Source of the DNA: an uncultured delta proteobacterium | GTDB lineage: Bacteria; Desulfobacterota; Binatia; Binatales; Binataceae | DNA length: 64,000 nt | Reading direction: 5' to 3' | Assembly (NCBI GenBank): GCA_963794325.1 | Contig: CAWCDG010000004.1 | Location: 1,344,001-1,408,000, forward strand | Part shown: positions 9,831-20,119 of the stretch, piece by piece | Layout of the letters: each line of letters starts with the position of its first letter | Numbering within the stretch: position 1 is the first letter of the stretch | Made by a program: the position numbers and the translations under genes | Notes under the pieces: model-generated | Told to the model about the DNA's origin: nothing | Databases searched by the model: none | Seen by the model: only the letters and a program-made list of their open reading frames with translations

Positions 9831-11886
9831 TCAGTTCATTTCAACTAAGAGCACTAAAGACCGCGCCTCGACAACGAATGATGACCCCGACACAGCCGGT
9901 GCCTCTTCCCAAGCACAAATATCGTCGGGTGATGGCGAAGAAGTATCAATCCATCGTCTCCAGTTTCTATTTCGTTGCTCACCAGCTCGCGGCAGTTCGA
10001 AAGTCAGAGGTCCCCAATATGAATTTAGCATTGCATGGATCGTGAATCGCTCACGAAGACTCTTGACCGTGAAGGCGATGGAATGCGAATCATCGCTCCA
10101 ATCGGGGCGGTTGAGCGCAGTGCCGTGCCACTCGAGTTGCGCCTGCCGCAACAGCTGGTTGAGTGTGAGATGAACGGTTTCGGTTGCAACATCGCGGCGG
10201 GAGCGAAATGCGATCAGCATCTTCGCGAAACGGTGGATATCAGCGTGGTGTTGCAGCAGGGTCCAGTCCAGCCAGCTGATCTCATTGTCCTGGCAGTATG
10301 CATTGTTGTTCCCATACTGGCTGCGTCGCATCTCATCGCCCATCAGCATCATCGGGGTACCTAATGCGATCATGGTTAAGGCAAGGAAGTTCTTTATCTG
10401 CCGACACCTGAGTGCCTCAATGGCAGGATCTTCAACAGGTCCTTCGGCACCGCAGTTCCAACTCTGATTGTCGTTCATCCCGTCACGATTGCACTCGCCA
10501 TTCTCTTCATTGTGTTTCTGACTGTAAGACACAAGATCGTTGAGGGTGAAACCGTCGTGGCAGGTGACGAAATTGATGCTCTGTTCGGGTTCCCGCTCTT
10601 CGTGGCCGTAGATGTCAGCGCTCCCCAGTAAGCGGGCTGCCAAATTAGACACGGTGCCGCGATCGCCTTTGAGAAATCGTCGGACATTGTCGCGGAATTT
10701 GCCGTTCCATTCCTGCCAACTGTCTCCGACAAAGCTGCCGACTTGATACAGACCTCCGGCATCCCATGCCTCCGCGATAACCTTTGTCCCGGCTAGAACT
10801 GGATCTGTTTCGATGTCCCAAATGATCGGAGGATTCAGAAGCGGCGATCCATTCTCATCACGCGCCAGAACGGAGGCGAGGCCGAATCGAAAGCCATCAA
10901 CGTGCATGTGTGTGACCCAATACCGAAGGCTGTCGACAATCATTCGACGCACGATAGGATGGCTAGCGCTGAGGGAGTTCCCTGTGCCGGCGTAATCTGC
11001 GTAGCGGCTACGGTCGCGCTGAAGGAGGTAATAGGCCTCGTTCGCCAATCCACGGAAGCAGAACGTCGGTCCTAGTTCATTGCCCTCCGCGGTATGGTTG
11101 AAGACGACGTCCAGAATTACTTCTATGCCCGCACGGTGGAGGGCTTTGACCATGTCGCGGAACTCGTCCATCGGACCGAGCGCATCTTGCCGCGAACTGT
11201 AGGCGCGATGCGGCGCAAAGAAGGACACGGGCGAGTATCCCCGGAAATTCACGCGACCTGCGGGCGCATCTGCGGCGTCGAATTGGAAGGTCGGCATTAA
11301 CTCCACCGCAGTGATCCCGAGGTCCGCCAAGTAGGGGATTTTTTCGATCAACCCTGCGAAGGTGCCGGCCTTCTCGGGTTTGACCGCCGAACTTGGATGG
11401 CGAGTGAAGCCACGTACATGCAGCTCGTATATTACAGTCTCGACAAATGGCCGCTGGAGTGGCAGGTCACCCTCCCAGTCGTAGGAACCCGGATCGGCTA
11501 CGATGGATTTCATCGCAACTGCGGCGTTGCTCGCGCGGCGGTCGTATGCCTTCGGGACGGCGACCGCTCGACCGTTAGGGATCCAGCAGAACCCTATCTC
11601 CATCGAAGCGCAGTCCCCGCTCGGGATCGAATGGGCCCAAAGCTCTGAACGCATAGACCTGGCCCGGAACCAAGTCAGGTACGAAGACATGCCAGTAGTG
11701 ATAGGTACGGTGCTCGCGGGGAGACAAGGAGACGACTCGCTCCGGTTTGAGCGCATCCTCGGTGTCGAACAACAGCAGTTCTACCAACGTCGCGTTCTTT
11801 GAGTACACACTGAAATTGACACCGCCCGGTTGAACGGTAGCACCAAGGGGAGAACTCGCACCTCGTCCTACTCTTGACCGACTCAT
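9831..11886 (-). pseudogene. glgX: Glycogen debranching enzyme (GH13 isoamylase), frameshifted with catalytic substitutions
   Basis: N-part PLGAT..GVNFSVYS..LLDP ends at TAA (extra A in TAC, ~11576); remainder in another frame; GFRFDLA reads GFRFGLA and NYWGY reads NFRGY. Confidence 0.88.
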
Positions 11887-11968
11887 ATCTGTCTCCGCAA
11901 TGTCAAATCCGTCTTCGCATCAAGGCACTAAACCAGCCCGGTCGTTTTCGCTAACAACGAAATTCGCG

Positions 11969-13183
11969 TCATTTGACGATCGAGAGAGCGCGAGTATGGC
12001 GCGCTATCATCAGATTCTCATCAGTCGCGATCACATAAGCGGCCACCCGGCTGCCGGCTTTGCTTATCAGCGGTCCATGTCGACGGTTGGCGCTTTCATC
12101 CAATTCCAGCCCGAGCCAGCGACATCTCTGCGAGATCGACGCGCGCACAGGGGCCGCGTTCTCGCCCACGCCTGCTGTGAAAACGATTCCGTCAATGCCA
12201 TCGAGAGCGGCCGTCAGCGACCCGATGTGACGAGCCGCCTGGTAGCAGAATACTTCCACCGCGAAGCGCGCATGTGGGTCATCGCTCGCGAGTAGGTAGC
12301 GAAAGTCGGCCGATACACCAGAGAGCCCCAGCATACCTGACTGTCGATAGAGAAGATCCTCCAGCGCTTCAACGGACATTCCTTTGTGCTTAAGAAGATG
12401 CAAAACGACGCCCGGGTCGAGATCACCGCAGCGAGTACTCATCGGTAAGCCGTCCAAAACCGAAAATCCCATCGTGGAAGCAATAGAGGTGCGGGCCTTG
12501 AGCGCACACAAGGATGCGCCATTGCCGAGATGCGCAACCACCACGCGGCCGTCAGCGATTTCGGGCGCTCGTTCAGGAAGCGCTGAAGCAATGTACTCAT
12601 AGGAGAGACCATGGAAACCGTAGCGACGCACGCCTTCGTCAAAGAGCTCGCGTGGTAGTGCGAAGGTCTGAGCAACTTCCGGCGCGGTGCGGTGGAAGGC
12701 CGTGTCGAAACAGGCGACCTGCGGCAATGCGGGATTGATCTCAATGGCAGTTCGAATTGCGGCCAAGTTGTGCGGCTGATGTAACGGCGCGAGCGGGATC
12801 AGCGTCTCCAGTTGGGCAAGCAATTCCGGTGTCACGCGTTCGTGTCGAGTGTGTCGCACGCCGCCTTGAACGACACGATGTCCAAGCGCGGCCAGCCGGC
12901 GCCCACCGAGCATCTCCTTCGCCCAGGGCAATAGGATGGGCAGGACTTCGCTTGGAGTTGTCGGCGGGTTCCGGCCGAGATTAGGCGGCTCCAGTGCCTC
13001 TCCATCTTGCCCGAATGCCTTCGCTGCCGGTTGAGAGCCGAGTCCGTCGACCTGACCTGATATGATCCGGCGTTCTTCGTCATAAAAGGCAAATTTCAGC
13101 GAAGAGGATCCGGCGTTGATCACGCCAATCACTAGCGCCGAATCATTTAAATCTTCGTTCGCTTTCCGGACTGTGCGCGTCAC
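11969..13183 (-). CDS. ackA: Acetate/propionate kinase
   Basis: NAGSSSLK, APLHQP, FDTAFH, RRYGFHGLS, HLGNGAS; GTG start overlaps the glgP stop (GTGA). Confidence 0.9.
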   Translation of the reverse strand: MTRTVRKANEDLNDSALVIGVINAGSSSLKFAFYDEERRIISGQVDGLGSQPAAKAFGQDGEALEPPNLGRNPPTTPSEVLPILLPWAKEMLGGRRLAALGHRVVQGGVRHTRHERVTPELLAQLETLIPLAPLHQPHNLAAIRTAIEINPALPQVACFDTAFHRTAPEVAQTFALPRELFDEGVRRYGFHGLSYEYIASALPERAPEIADGRVVVAHLGNGASLCALKARTSIASTMGFSVLDGLPMSTRCGDLDPGVVLHLLKHKGMSVEALEDLLYRQSGMLGLSGVSADFRYLLASDDPHARFAVEVFCYQAARHIGSLTAALDGIDGIVFTAGVGENAAPVRASISQRCRWLGLELDESANRRHGPLISKAGSRVAAYVIATDENLMIARHTRALSIVK

Positions 13184-15684
13184 TTCACCGGTACCGCATT
13201 GGCTTTCCAAATGTCTTTTGCGTACTCGGCAATTGTGCGATCGCTGGAGAACTTACCGGAGCATCCAACGTTGATTATCGCTTTGCGCGTCCACGCCTCT
13301 GTGTCCTGGTAGAGCGACCCCACCGCAGTTTGTGCCTGAGCATACGCGCTCAGGTCAGCCAAGTTCATGAAATAGTCGCCACGCGCCAGTAGCGCTTCGC
13401 GGATCGGTTCGAATACTCCGGGCTCGTTATGGCTGAAATGATTCGTGAAGATCAGATCCAGCGCGGTGCGCGTCGCTGGTTCGTTATTGTAATGCCAGTT
13501 GGGATCGTACCTCCCGCGGCTGCTTGCTACCTGCTCAGCGGTCAGCCCGAACAGAAAGAAGTTTTCCTCTCCAGCTTCTTGAGCCATCTCGATCGTCGCT
13601 CCGTCGCGAGTGCCGATAGTCAGCGCACCATTGAGCATGAACTTCATATTCCCGGTCCCGCTGGCCTCATAGCCGGCGGTCGAGATCTGTTCTGATAGGT
13701 CGCTGGCGGGAATCAATCGCTCGGCCAGAGTTACACCGTAGTTTGGTACGAACACGACCTTTAGCCGCTGGCGCGTAGCCGGGTCTGCGTCGATCTTTGC
13801 GCCCACTTCGTTTACGAGCTTGATGATTAACTTGGCGAGCGTGTATGCAGGAGCCGCTTTGCCGGCGAACAAGAAGGTGCGAGGTGGTAACTCCAGATTC
13901 GGATCTTTGCGCAGGCGATCGTAGAGGATGATGATGTGCAAAACGTTCAGCAGTTGCCGCTTATACTCGTGGATGCGTTTGACCTGACAATCGAAAATTG
14001 TGGCGGGATCGATAATCTGCCCGGTTGCGGACTTCAGCCAGTCTGCGAAGCGCGTCTTAGCGGTCAGTTTTGCCTGGCGAAATCGGGCCTGGAATGCCGA
14101 GTCCTCAGCGAGGCGAACAATCTTTCGCAACTGCGTGAGATCCGAAACCCAACCAGTGCCAATTGATTCAGTGATCAAGCTGGCTAGCGCCGGATTTGCA
14201 AGCAGTAACCACCGACGCGGAGTGACGCCGTTAGTCTTGTTGTTGAAGCGTTCAGGAAACATTTCGGCGAAGTCAGGCATGAGCTGTTTTTTGACGAGGT
14301 CGGAATGAATCGCCGAAACGCCGTTAGTACTGTGGGTTCCAACGACGGCAAGATTTGCCATCCGGACCTGTCTTAAGGGCAACTCCTCAATCAGGCTCGT
14401 CCGTTCTATCTTTGCGTCGTCTCCGGGATGCTGATGGCGGACATGCTCGAGAAATCGCCGATTGATCTCGTAGGTGATTTCGAGCAAGCGCGGACAAGCC
14501 AGCTCGAATAATCTGACCGGCCATTTCTCAAGAGCCTCGGGAAGCAACGTGTGGTTCGTGTACGCTAACGTTCGAACCGTGATGTCCCACGCGTCGTCCC
14601 AGGTCAGCCCTGCTTCGTCGAGCAAGATGCGCATCAGCTCGGCTACGGCCATAGCTGGATGCGTGTCGTTCATCTGAATAGCAACCTTTTCGGGCAAGGC
14701 CGCCCAGTCATTTTCGGCGCGCCGAAAACGCGCAACGATGTCGGCCAGCGAACAAGAAACCAGGAAATACTCCTGGACGAAGCGCAGTGCCTGACCGGCG
14801 ATTGTCGAATCGTCGGGGTACAATACGCGTGTGACGGTCTCAGCCGCCGTCCGATCTACTATCGCACCAACGAAATCGCCGGAACTGAACTCGCCGAAGT
14901 CAAAGAAATCCGGCGAAGTCGCCGACCAAAGCCGTAGCGTGTTGATGTTTCCGCCGCCGTAACCAACTACCGGACGATCATAGGGAATACCCAATAAGTG
15001 TGAATGCATGTCCGGCACGGCGTGAAGTGCTCCGTTCTGGAGCTGAAAAGAGCAGGCGAGTGGAACCTTAATAACTTCTCTGGGTCGCGCTACCTCCCAA
15101 GGGTCTGGATAGTTAAGCCAGCGGTCTGGATATTCGACCTGATTGCGATCTTTTATTTCTTGCCGAAAAATCCCGTAGTCGTACCGCAGACCATACCCCA
15201 TCGCCGGGATCGCCAGTGTCGCGAGCGAATCCATGAAACAAGCCGCCAAACGTCCCAACCCGCCGTTACCTAAACCGGCGTCAGGTTCCGAGTCGATAAC
15301 TTCCGTCCAATCCTGTCGCGGATCGGAACGAAGGTCTTCGCGAACCAGTTGCTCGACCCCCATATTGATGATGTTGTGAATTAGCGTGCGGCCGATGAGG
15401 AACTCCATCGACAAATAGTAGACCCGCTTTGCGTTGGCGCTTTCGTAGGTCTGCTCGGTAAGAAGCCAGCGCTGCGTGAGCAAGTCGCGAAGTGACCTGG
15501 CGACCGCTTCAAAGCGCTCACGGTGACTTGCCTTTTCCAAAGATACTGCATGATCGAGTACAACATGACGATCGTAGCTGTCAGTTTGGCCAACCTGCAG
15601 CGCGCCAAGTTGGTAACGCTCGATCACGTTGCTGTCGACTCCATCAAAGGTAGGCTTTCCAGCCGTTGCTTTGTTTCGTGTCAT
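13180..15684 (-). CDS. glgP: Glycogen/alpha-glucan phosphorylase
   Basis: GLGNGGLGRLAAC, KRIHEYKRQ, EASGTGNMK (PLP lysine). Confidence 0.96.
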   Translation of the reverse strand: MTRNKATAGKPTFDGVDSNVIERYQLGALQVGQTDSYDRHVVLDHAVSLEKASHRERFEAVARSLRDLLTQRWLLTEQTYESANAKRVYYLSMEFLIGRTLIHNIINMGVEQLVREDLRSDPRQDWTEVIDSEPDAGLGNGGLGRLAACFMDSLATLAIPAMGYGLRYDYGIFRQEIKDRNQVEYPDRWLNYPDPWEVARPREVIKVPLACSFQLQNGALHAVPDMHSHLLGIPYDRPVVGYGGGNINTLRLWSATSPDFFDFGEFSSGDFVGAIVDRTAAETVTRVLYPDDSTIAGQALRFVQEYFLVSCSLADIVARFRRAENDWAALPEKVAIQMNDTHPAMAVAELMRILLDEAGLTWDDAWDITVRTLAYTNHTLLPEALEKWPVRLFELACPRLLEITYEINRRFLEHVRHQHPGDDAKIERTSLIEELPLRQVRMANLAVVGTHSTNGVSAIHSDLVKKQLMPDFAEMFPERFNNKTNGVTPRRWLLLANPALASLITESIGTGWVSDLTQLRKIVRLAEDSAFQARFRQAKLTAKTRFADWLKSATGQIIDPATIFDCQVKRIHEYKRQLLNVLHIIILYDRLRKDPNLELPPRTFLFAGKAAPAYTLAKLIIKLVNEVGAKIDADPATRQRLKVVFVPNYGVTLAERLIPASDLSEQISTAGYEASGTGNMKFMLNGALTIGTRDGATIEMAQEAGEENFFLFGLTAEQVASSRGRYDPNWHYNNEPATRTALDLIFTNHFSHNEPGVFEPIREALLARGDYFMNLADLSAYAQAQTAVGSLYQDTEAWTRKAIINVGCSGKFSSDRTIAEYAKDIWKANAVPVK

Positions 15685-15696
15685 AGATCATTTCTC

Positions 15697-18102
15697 TCAG
15701 ACGTTGTCTGCAGCTGTATCGGCCCCGGACGACGCGACCTTTCCACCCCATCGCCAATCGCGAATGTCCGGCATATCGTCGCCGTGACGGGCTATGTAGG
15801 CTTTGTGATCGTACAGCTTGTCGCGAATTGCCTGCTTGGCATATGCGGCTCGTTCTGCGAGCTGTGGAACTCTATCGATCACATCATTTACCAACGAAAA
15901 ACGATCCATCCGGTTGAGCACTACCATGTCGAAAGGAGTAGTGGTGGTGCCTTCTTCGATGTAGCCGCGCACGTGTAAATTGGGATGGGATTTTCGACGA
16001 TAGGTCAGTCGGTGAATCAGCCAGGGGTATCCATGAAAGGCGAAGATGATCGGCTTGTCCACGGTGAAAAGCGCGTCGAACTCAAAGTCCGGCAAGCCGT
16101 GCGGATGCTCTTTCGGAGACTGAAGTGTCATGAGATCTACCACGTTGATGACGCGCACCTTAAGCTTGGGTACATAGGTGCGAATCAGATCCACCGCAGC
16201 AAGGGTCTCAAGGGTCGGAGTGTCTCCGCAGCATGCCATCACGACATCGGGCTCAGACCCTTTGTCGTTGGAAGCCCACTCCCAGATGCCAATTCCGGCC
16301 GTGCAATGTCTCACTGCCTCGTCCATTGAAAGCCATTGCGGTGCGGGTTGCTTGCCTGCAACAACTACGTTGACGTAGTTGCGGCTTCGCAAGCAGTGAT
16401 CGGTGACAGAGAGAAGGCAATTTGTGTCGGGCGGCAGGTAGACTCGCACGACCTCCGCCTTCTTGTTTACGACGTGATCGATGAAACCTGGGTCTTGATG
16501 TGAAAACCCATTATGATCCTGACGCCAGACATGTGAGCTGAGTAGATAGTTGAGCGATGCGACCGGACGACGCCAGCCTATGCCATTGCAGACCTTCAGC
16601 CACTTCGCGTGCTGATTGAACATCGAGTCGATAATATGAATAAATGCTTCGTAACAGCTAAAAAACCCATGTCTGCCAGTGAGCAGATAGCCTTCGAGCC
16701 ATCCCTGGCATTGATGCTCACTAAGCACTTCCATCACGCGGCCATCGGGTGAGAGGTTGTCATCTTCGGGAAGGATATCGGCTACGTAGCAACGCTTGGT
16801 GACTTCGAGAATGTCCTGCCAACGATTGGAATTGTTCTCGTCGGGGCTAAATATTCTGAAGTTGACGCTTTCCAGGTTTAACTTCATTACATCCCGGAGA
16901 AATTTTCCCTGAACCCGTGTGGCTTCTACCATTGTCGAACCGGGATTGGAGACTTCGACCGCATATTCGCGGAAGTCCGGCATCTTTAAGTCTTTTAGTA
17001 GCGTTCCCCCGTTCGCATGGGGGTTGTCGCTCATCCTGCGATGCCCTTTCGGCGCGAGTGCGGCCAGATCTTTTTTGAGAGCTCCGTTCTTATCAAATAG
17101 CTCTTCCGGCCGATAACTCTTCATCCACTGCTCGAGAATCATGATGTGCTCAGGCTGGTCCATGTCGCCCATCGGCACCTGATGGCTTCGCCAGTAGTTC
17201 TCACATTTTTTGCCGTCGATCTCCGGAGGGCACGTCCAACCTTTAGGCGTGCGAAAAATGATCATCGGCCAGGCGGGTCGTCGACTAAATCCTTTCTCGC
17301 GGGCATCCTTCCAAATCTGCTTTATCTCGCCAACGGCTGAGTCGAGCGTTTCCGCCATCGCGTGATGCATCTTCATCGGGTCGTGGCCTTCCACGAAATA
17401 CGGCTTATATCCGTATCCTTCGAAGAGGTTTTTCAATTCTTCTTTTGGAATTCTCGCAAGAAAACACGGGTTGGCGATCTTATAGCCATTGAGATGAAGA
17501 ATCGGCAGGACGCAGCCATCGCGCTCCGGGTTAAGAAACTTGTTCCCGTGCCATCCCGTCGCTAACGGCCCCGTTTCAGCCTCTCCGTCTCCGACTACAC
17601 AGGCTACCACCAGATCGGGGTTGTCGAAGGCTGCTCCGTAGGCATGGGACAGGGCGTATCCCAATTCGCCGCCCTCATGAATGGATCCCGGAGTCTCAGG
17701 CGCAACGTGGCTGGGAATGCCTCCAGGAAAGCTGAATTGTTTGAAGAGTCTTCTCATTCCTTCCAGTTCTTGTGAAATGTCCGGATACACTTCGCTGTAG
17801 GTGCCTTCCATATAAGCCTGCGCAACAAGTGCGGGTCCGCCGTGGCCGGGACCTATGATGTACATCATGTCGAGGTCTTCACTCTCGATGACGCGGTTCA
17901 AGTGAACGTAGATGAAGTTTAGACCGGGTGTAGTTCCCCAGTGGCCTAAGAGGCGCGGTTTGATATGTTCCCGCTTAAGGGGTTCTTTCAAAAGTGGATT
18001 ATTCAGTAAATAGATTTGTCCGACTGACAGGTAGTTTGAAGCTCGCCAGTATGCATCCATTTGTCCAATTAAGTCATCATCATGTTTCGACGACATGTTC
18101 AC
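15697..18102 (-). CDS. xfp: Xylulose-5-P/fructose-6-P phosphoketolase
   Basis: [32 protein letters not shown]. Confidence 0.96.
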   Translation of the reverse strand: MNMSSKHDDDLIGQMDAYWRASNYLSVGQIYLLNNPLLKEPLKREHIKPRLLGHWGTTPGLNFIYVHLNRVIESEDLDMMYIIGPGHGGPALVAQAYMEGTYSEVYPDISQELEGMRRLFKQFSFPGGIPSHVAPETPGSIHEGGELGYALSHAYGAAFDNPDLVVACVVGDGEAETGPLATGWHGNKFLNPERDGCVLPILHLNGYKIANPCFLARIPKEELKNLFEGYGYKPYFVEGHDPMKMHHAMAETLDSAVGEIKQIWKDAREKGFSRRPAWPMIIFRTPKGWTCPPEIDGKKCENYWRSHQVPMGDMDQPEHIMILEQWMKSYRPEELFDKNGALKKDLAALAPKGHRRMSDNPHANGGTLLKDLKMPDFREYAVEVSNPGSTMVEATRVQGKFLRDVMKLNLESVNFRIFSPDENNSNRWQDILEVTKRCYVADILPEDDNLSPDGRVMEVLSEHQCQGWLEGYLLTGRHGFFSCYEAFIHIIDSMFNQHAKWLKVCNGIGWRRPVASLNYLLSSHVWRQDHNGFSHQDPGFIDHVVNKKAEVVRVYLPPDTNCLLSVTDHCLRSRNYVNVVVAGKQPAPQWLSMDEAVRHCTAGIGIWEWASNDKGSEPDVVMACCGDTPTLETLAAVDLIRTYVPKLKVRVINVVDLMTLQSPKEHPHGLPDFEFDALFTVDKPIIFAFHGYPWLIHRLTYRRKSHPNLHVRGYIEEGTTTTPFDMVVLNRMDRFSLVNDVIDRVPQLAERAAYAKQAIRDKLYDHKAYIARHGDDMPDIRDWRWGGKVASSGADTAADNV

Positions 18103-18185
18103 CTCATCCGCGGAGAAGCTGAAGATCGGTCGATTGGCCCTTTAGAAATCCGAGTGGAATCGTAGTGTCGGTATCGGATTTGTGG

Positions 18186-18833
18186 CTATCGGACTTTGGT
18201 CGGATTAATCGACTGGTCCGTGCCACACGGATAGCTAGGGCTTTGGTTCAGAAGCCGAATTACGGGTTCGTCTATGCTGTTATGATCGTATCCGAGGACG
18301 GTAAGAGTTGCCGTCCCGAGTTTGAAATATCGACCAGCAGAAGGACCTAGATTAAGCCAACGAGCTATCAACACTCTTAGAAAATGACCGCTTGAGAATA
18401 CACCGACGTTTCCGTGTACCGTTCGAATACGAGAAAGAAATCGATCGGCTCGGGCGACGACGTCCTCGGGTGATTCACCATTGGGACAACCGTCTCGAAA
18501 AATAATCCACGTTGGGCGTTCGGCCAGAATCTGCGGGCGTTTCTCTCCTTCATAGTCGCCGTAGTTCCACTCCACGAGATCGCGATCGACTTCAGCTACC
18601 GATCCGTATCCGGATAGCTCGCAAGTGCGCGCGGCTCGCTGGAGGGGACTGCAGAACACCCTCTCAAAGCTGGCGCGTTGGAGGCAGTTTTGAAGCGAGC
18701 GCGCCTGGTCCTCGCCCGCGCTCGTCAGTGGAAGATCCGTCAGACCTGTATGCCTGCGAGACACGGTCCATTCGGTCTCACCGTGTCGAATCAGCCATAC
18801 ATCGCGCGTTGCGACCGCATTCATTTCGATCAC
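18186..18833 (-). CDS. Histidine phosphatase family protein
   Basis: RHGETEW, HTGLTDLPLT, EWNYGDYEG. Confidence 0.9.
   Translation of the reverse strand: MIEMNAVATRDVWLIRHGETEWTVSRRHTGLTDLPLTSAGEDQARSLQNCLQRASFERVFCSPLQRAARTCELSGYGSVAEVDRDLVEWNYGDYEGEKRPQILAERPTWIIFRDGCPNGESPEDVVARADRFLSRIRTVHGNVGVFSSGHFLRVLIARWLNLGPSAGRYFKLGTATLTVLGYDHNSIDEPVIRLLNQSPSYPCGTDQSINPTKVR
18187..18206. promoter_or_regulatory. Copy of island palindrome TATCGGAC-TTTG-GTCGGATT upstream of xfp, overlapping the phosphatase 3' end
   Basis: Motif match. Confidence 0.65.
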
Positions 18834-18884
18834 TGTGTCGATGAAGACTCATCGCGAAACTAATTTCAGCACCCGCCTCGCGTC

Positions 18885-18904
18885 CATCGGACCAAAGTCC
18901 GATA
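18885..18904. promoter_or_regulatory. Copy of island palindrome CATCGGAC-CAAA-GTCCGATA in the divergent phosphatase/HlyD region
   Basis: Motif match, opposite orientation. Confidence 0.7.
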
Positions 18905-19092
18905 GCGACTCGCCTACTACATTTGGCACTTAGAAGACGCGAGCATTTTTGTCGGATGTCATTCGAGCGAGTCTCTAATTTGGATAGGACGCTTAAGGAG
19001 AGGGGTGCGATAGAGCGGCGTCGCGGCGCTCTGCGCACTCGGGGTTCAAGAGTTCAAATGCGCCTAGCCGCGCTTCTAACAGGTTCTCCAAA

Positions 19093-20109
19093 ATGTCGAG
19101 AAGAGTGATTCTGATAATTGTCGCGGTTGTCGTAGTCGGCGGAGGCGCCGCCGGGTGGTTTTTATTACGCAAGCCCGGTTTGCCTCCCGGCTTTGCAGGC
19201 GCGAATGGGCGACTTGAGGCCAAGCAGGTCGACATTGCCACCAAATACCAGGGCCGGATCAAGGACGTGCTCGCCGACGAAGGCGATAACGTCGACGCAG
19301 GCCAAGTCGTCGCCAAGATGGATACCGAGCCGCTCGAAGCGCAGCTGCGCAGCGACGAGGCCAAGATCAAAGAGGCCCAGGATAATCGACGTACCTCGCT
19401 CGCAGAAGTGGCCGCCAAGCAAGCAGAGCTCAACTACTCGGACAAGCAGTACAAGCGCTCGAAGGAGTTGGTCGGGCGCGGCGCGGTGAGCGAACAGGAA
19501 GCTGATGTCGACCGCGCCCATATGGAAGTGAACCGAGCAGCCTTGCTAGGCGCCCAAGCTCAGGCAGTGCGAACCCAATCCTCTATCGACGCTGCTACCG
19601 CTGATGCGGAACGGATCAAGGCCGAAATCGAAGACAGCGTCCTCAAGTCGCCGATTAGAGGGCGGGTTCAGAACCGCCTGGCTGAGCCAGGCGAAGTCCT
19701 TCCAGCTGGCGGCAAGGTGTTGGCGTTGGTCGACCTGAGCGACGTCTATATGTATGTTTTTCTGCCCGAGACGATCGCGGGCGGCGTGGCGCTCGGATCG
19801 GAGGGCAGAATCGTACTCGATGCCGCCAGTGAGTATCCGATTAAGGCGGTGGTTTCGTTTGTTTCACCCAGCGCGCAATTTACACCCAAGACGGTCGAAA
19901 CCGCCGAAGAGCGCCACAATCTGACCTTTCGCGTAAAGCTGCAAATCGACAAGGATCGACTGCGTCAATTCGAACCTTTCGTGAAGGTTGGAATTCCCGG
20001 TATGGGCTATGTTCGGCTCGACAGCAATGCACAGTGGCCGGAAACCCTGCAGGTGAAGCAAGTTCCTGAACAACTCTGGAACCCTACCGGCCGGTCCGCT
20101 TCCAATTAG
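19093..20109 (+). CDS. HlyD-family membrane fusion protein (YhiI-like)
   Basis: N-terminal TM, NGRLEA, AQFTPKTVET. Confidence 0.88.
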   Translation: MSRRVILIIVAVVVVGGGAAGWFLLRKPGLPPGFAGANGRLEAKQVDIATKYQGRIKDVLADEGDNVDAGQVVAKMDTEPLEAQLRSDEAKIKEAQDNRRTSLAEVAAKQAELNYSDKQYKRSKELVGRGAVSEQEADVDRAHMEVNRAALLGAQAQAVRTQSSIDAATADAERIKAEIEDSVLKSPIRGRVQNRLAEPGEVLPAGGKVLALVDLSDVYMYVFLPETIAGGVALGSEGRIVLDAASEYPIKAVVSFVSPSAQFTPKTVETAEERHNLTFRVKLQIDKDRLRQFEPFVKVGIPGMGYVRLDSNAQWPETLQVKQVPEQLWNPTGRSASN

Positions 20110-20119
20110 TGCAATCGTC

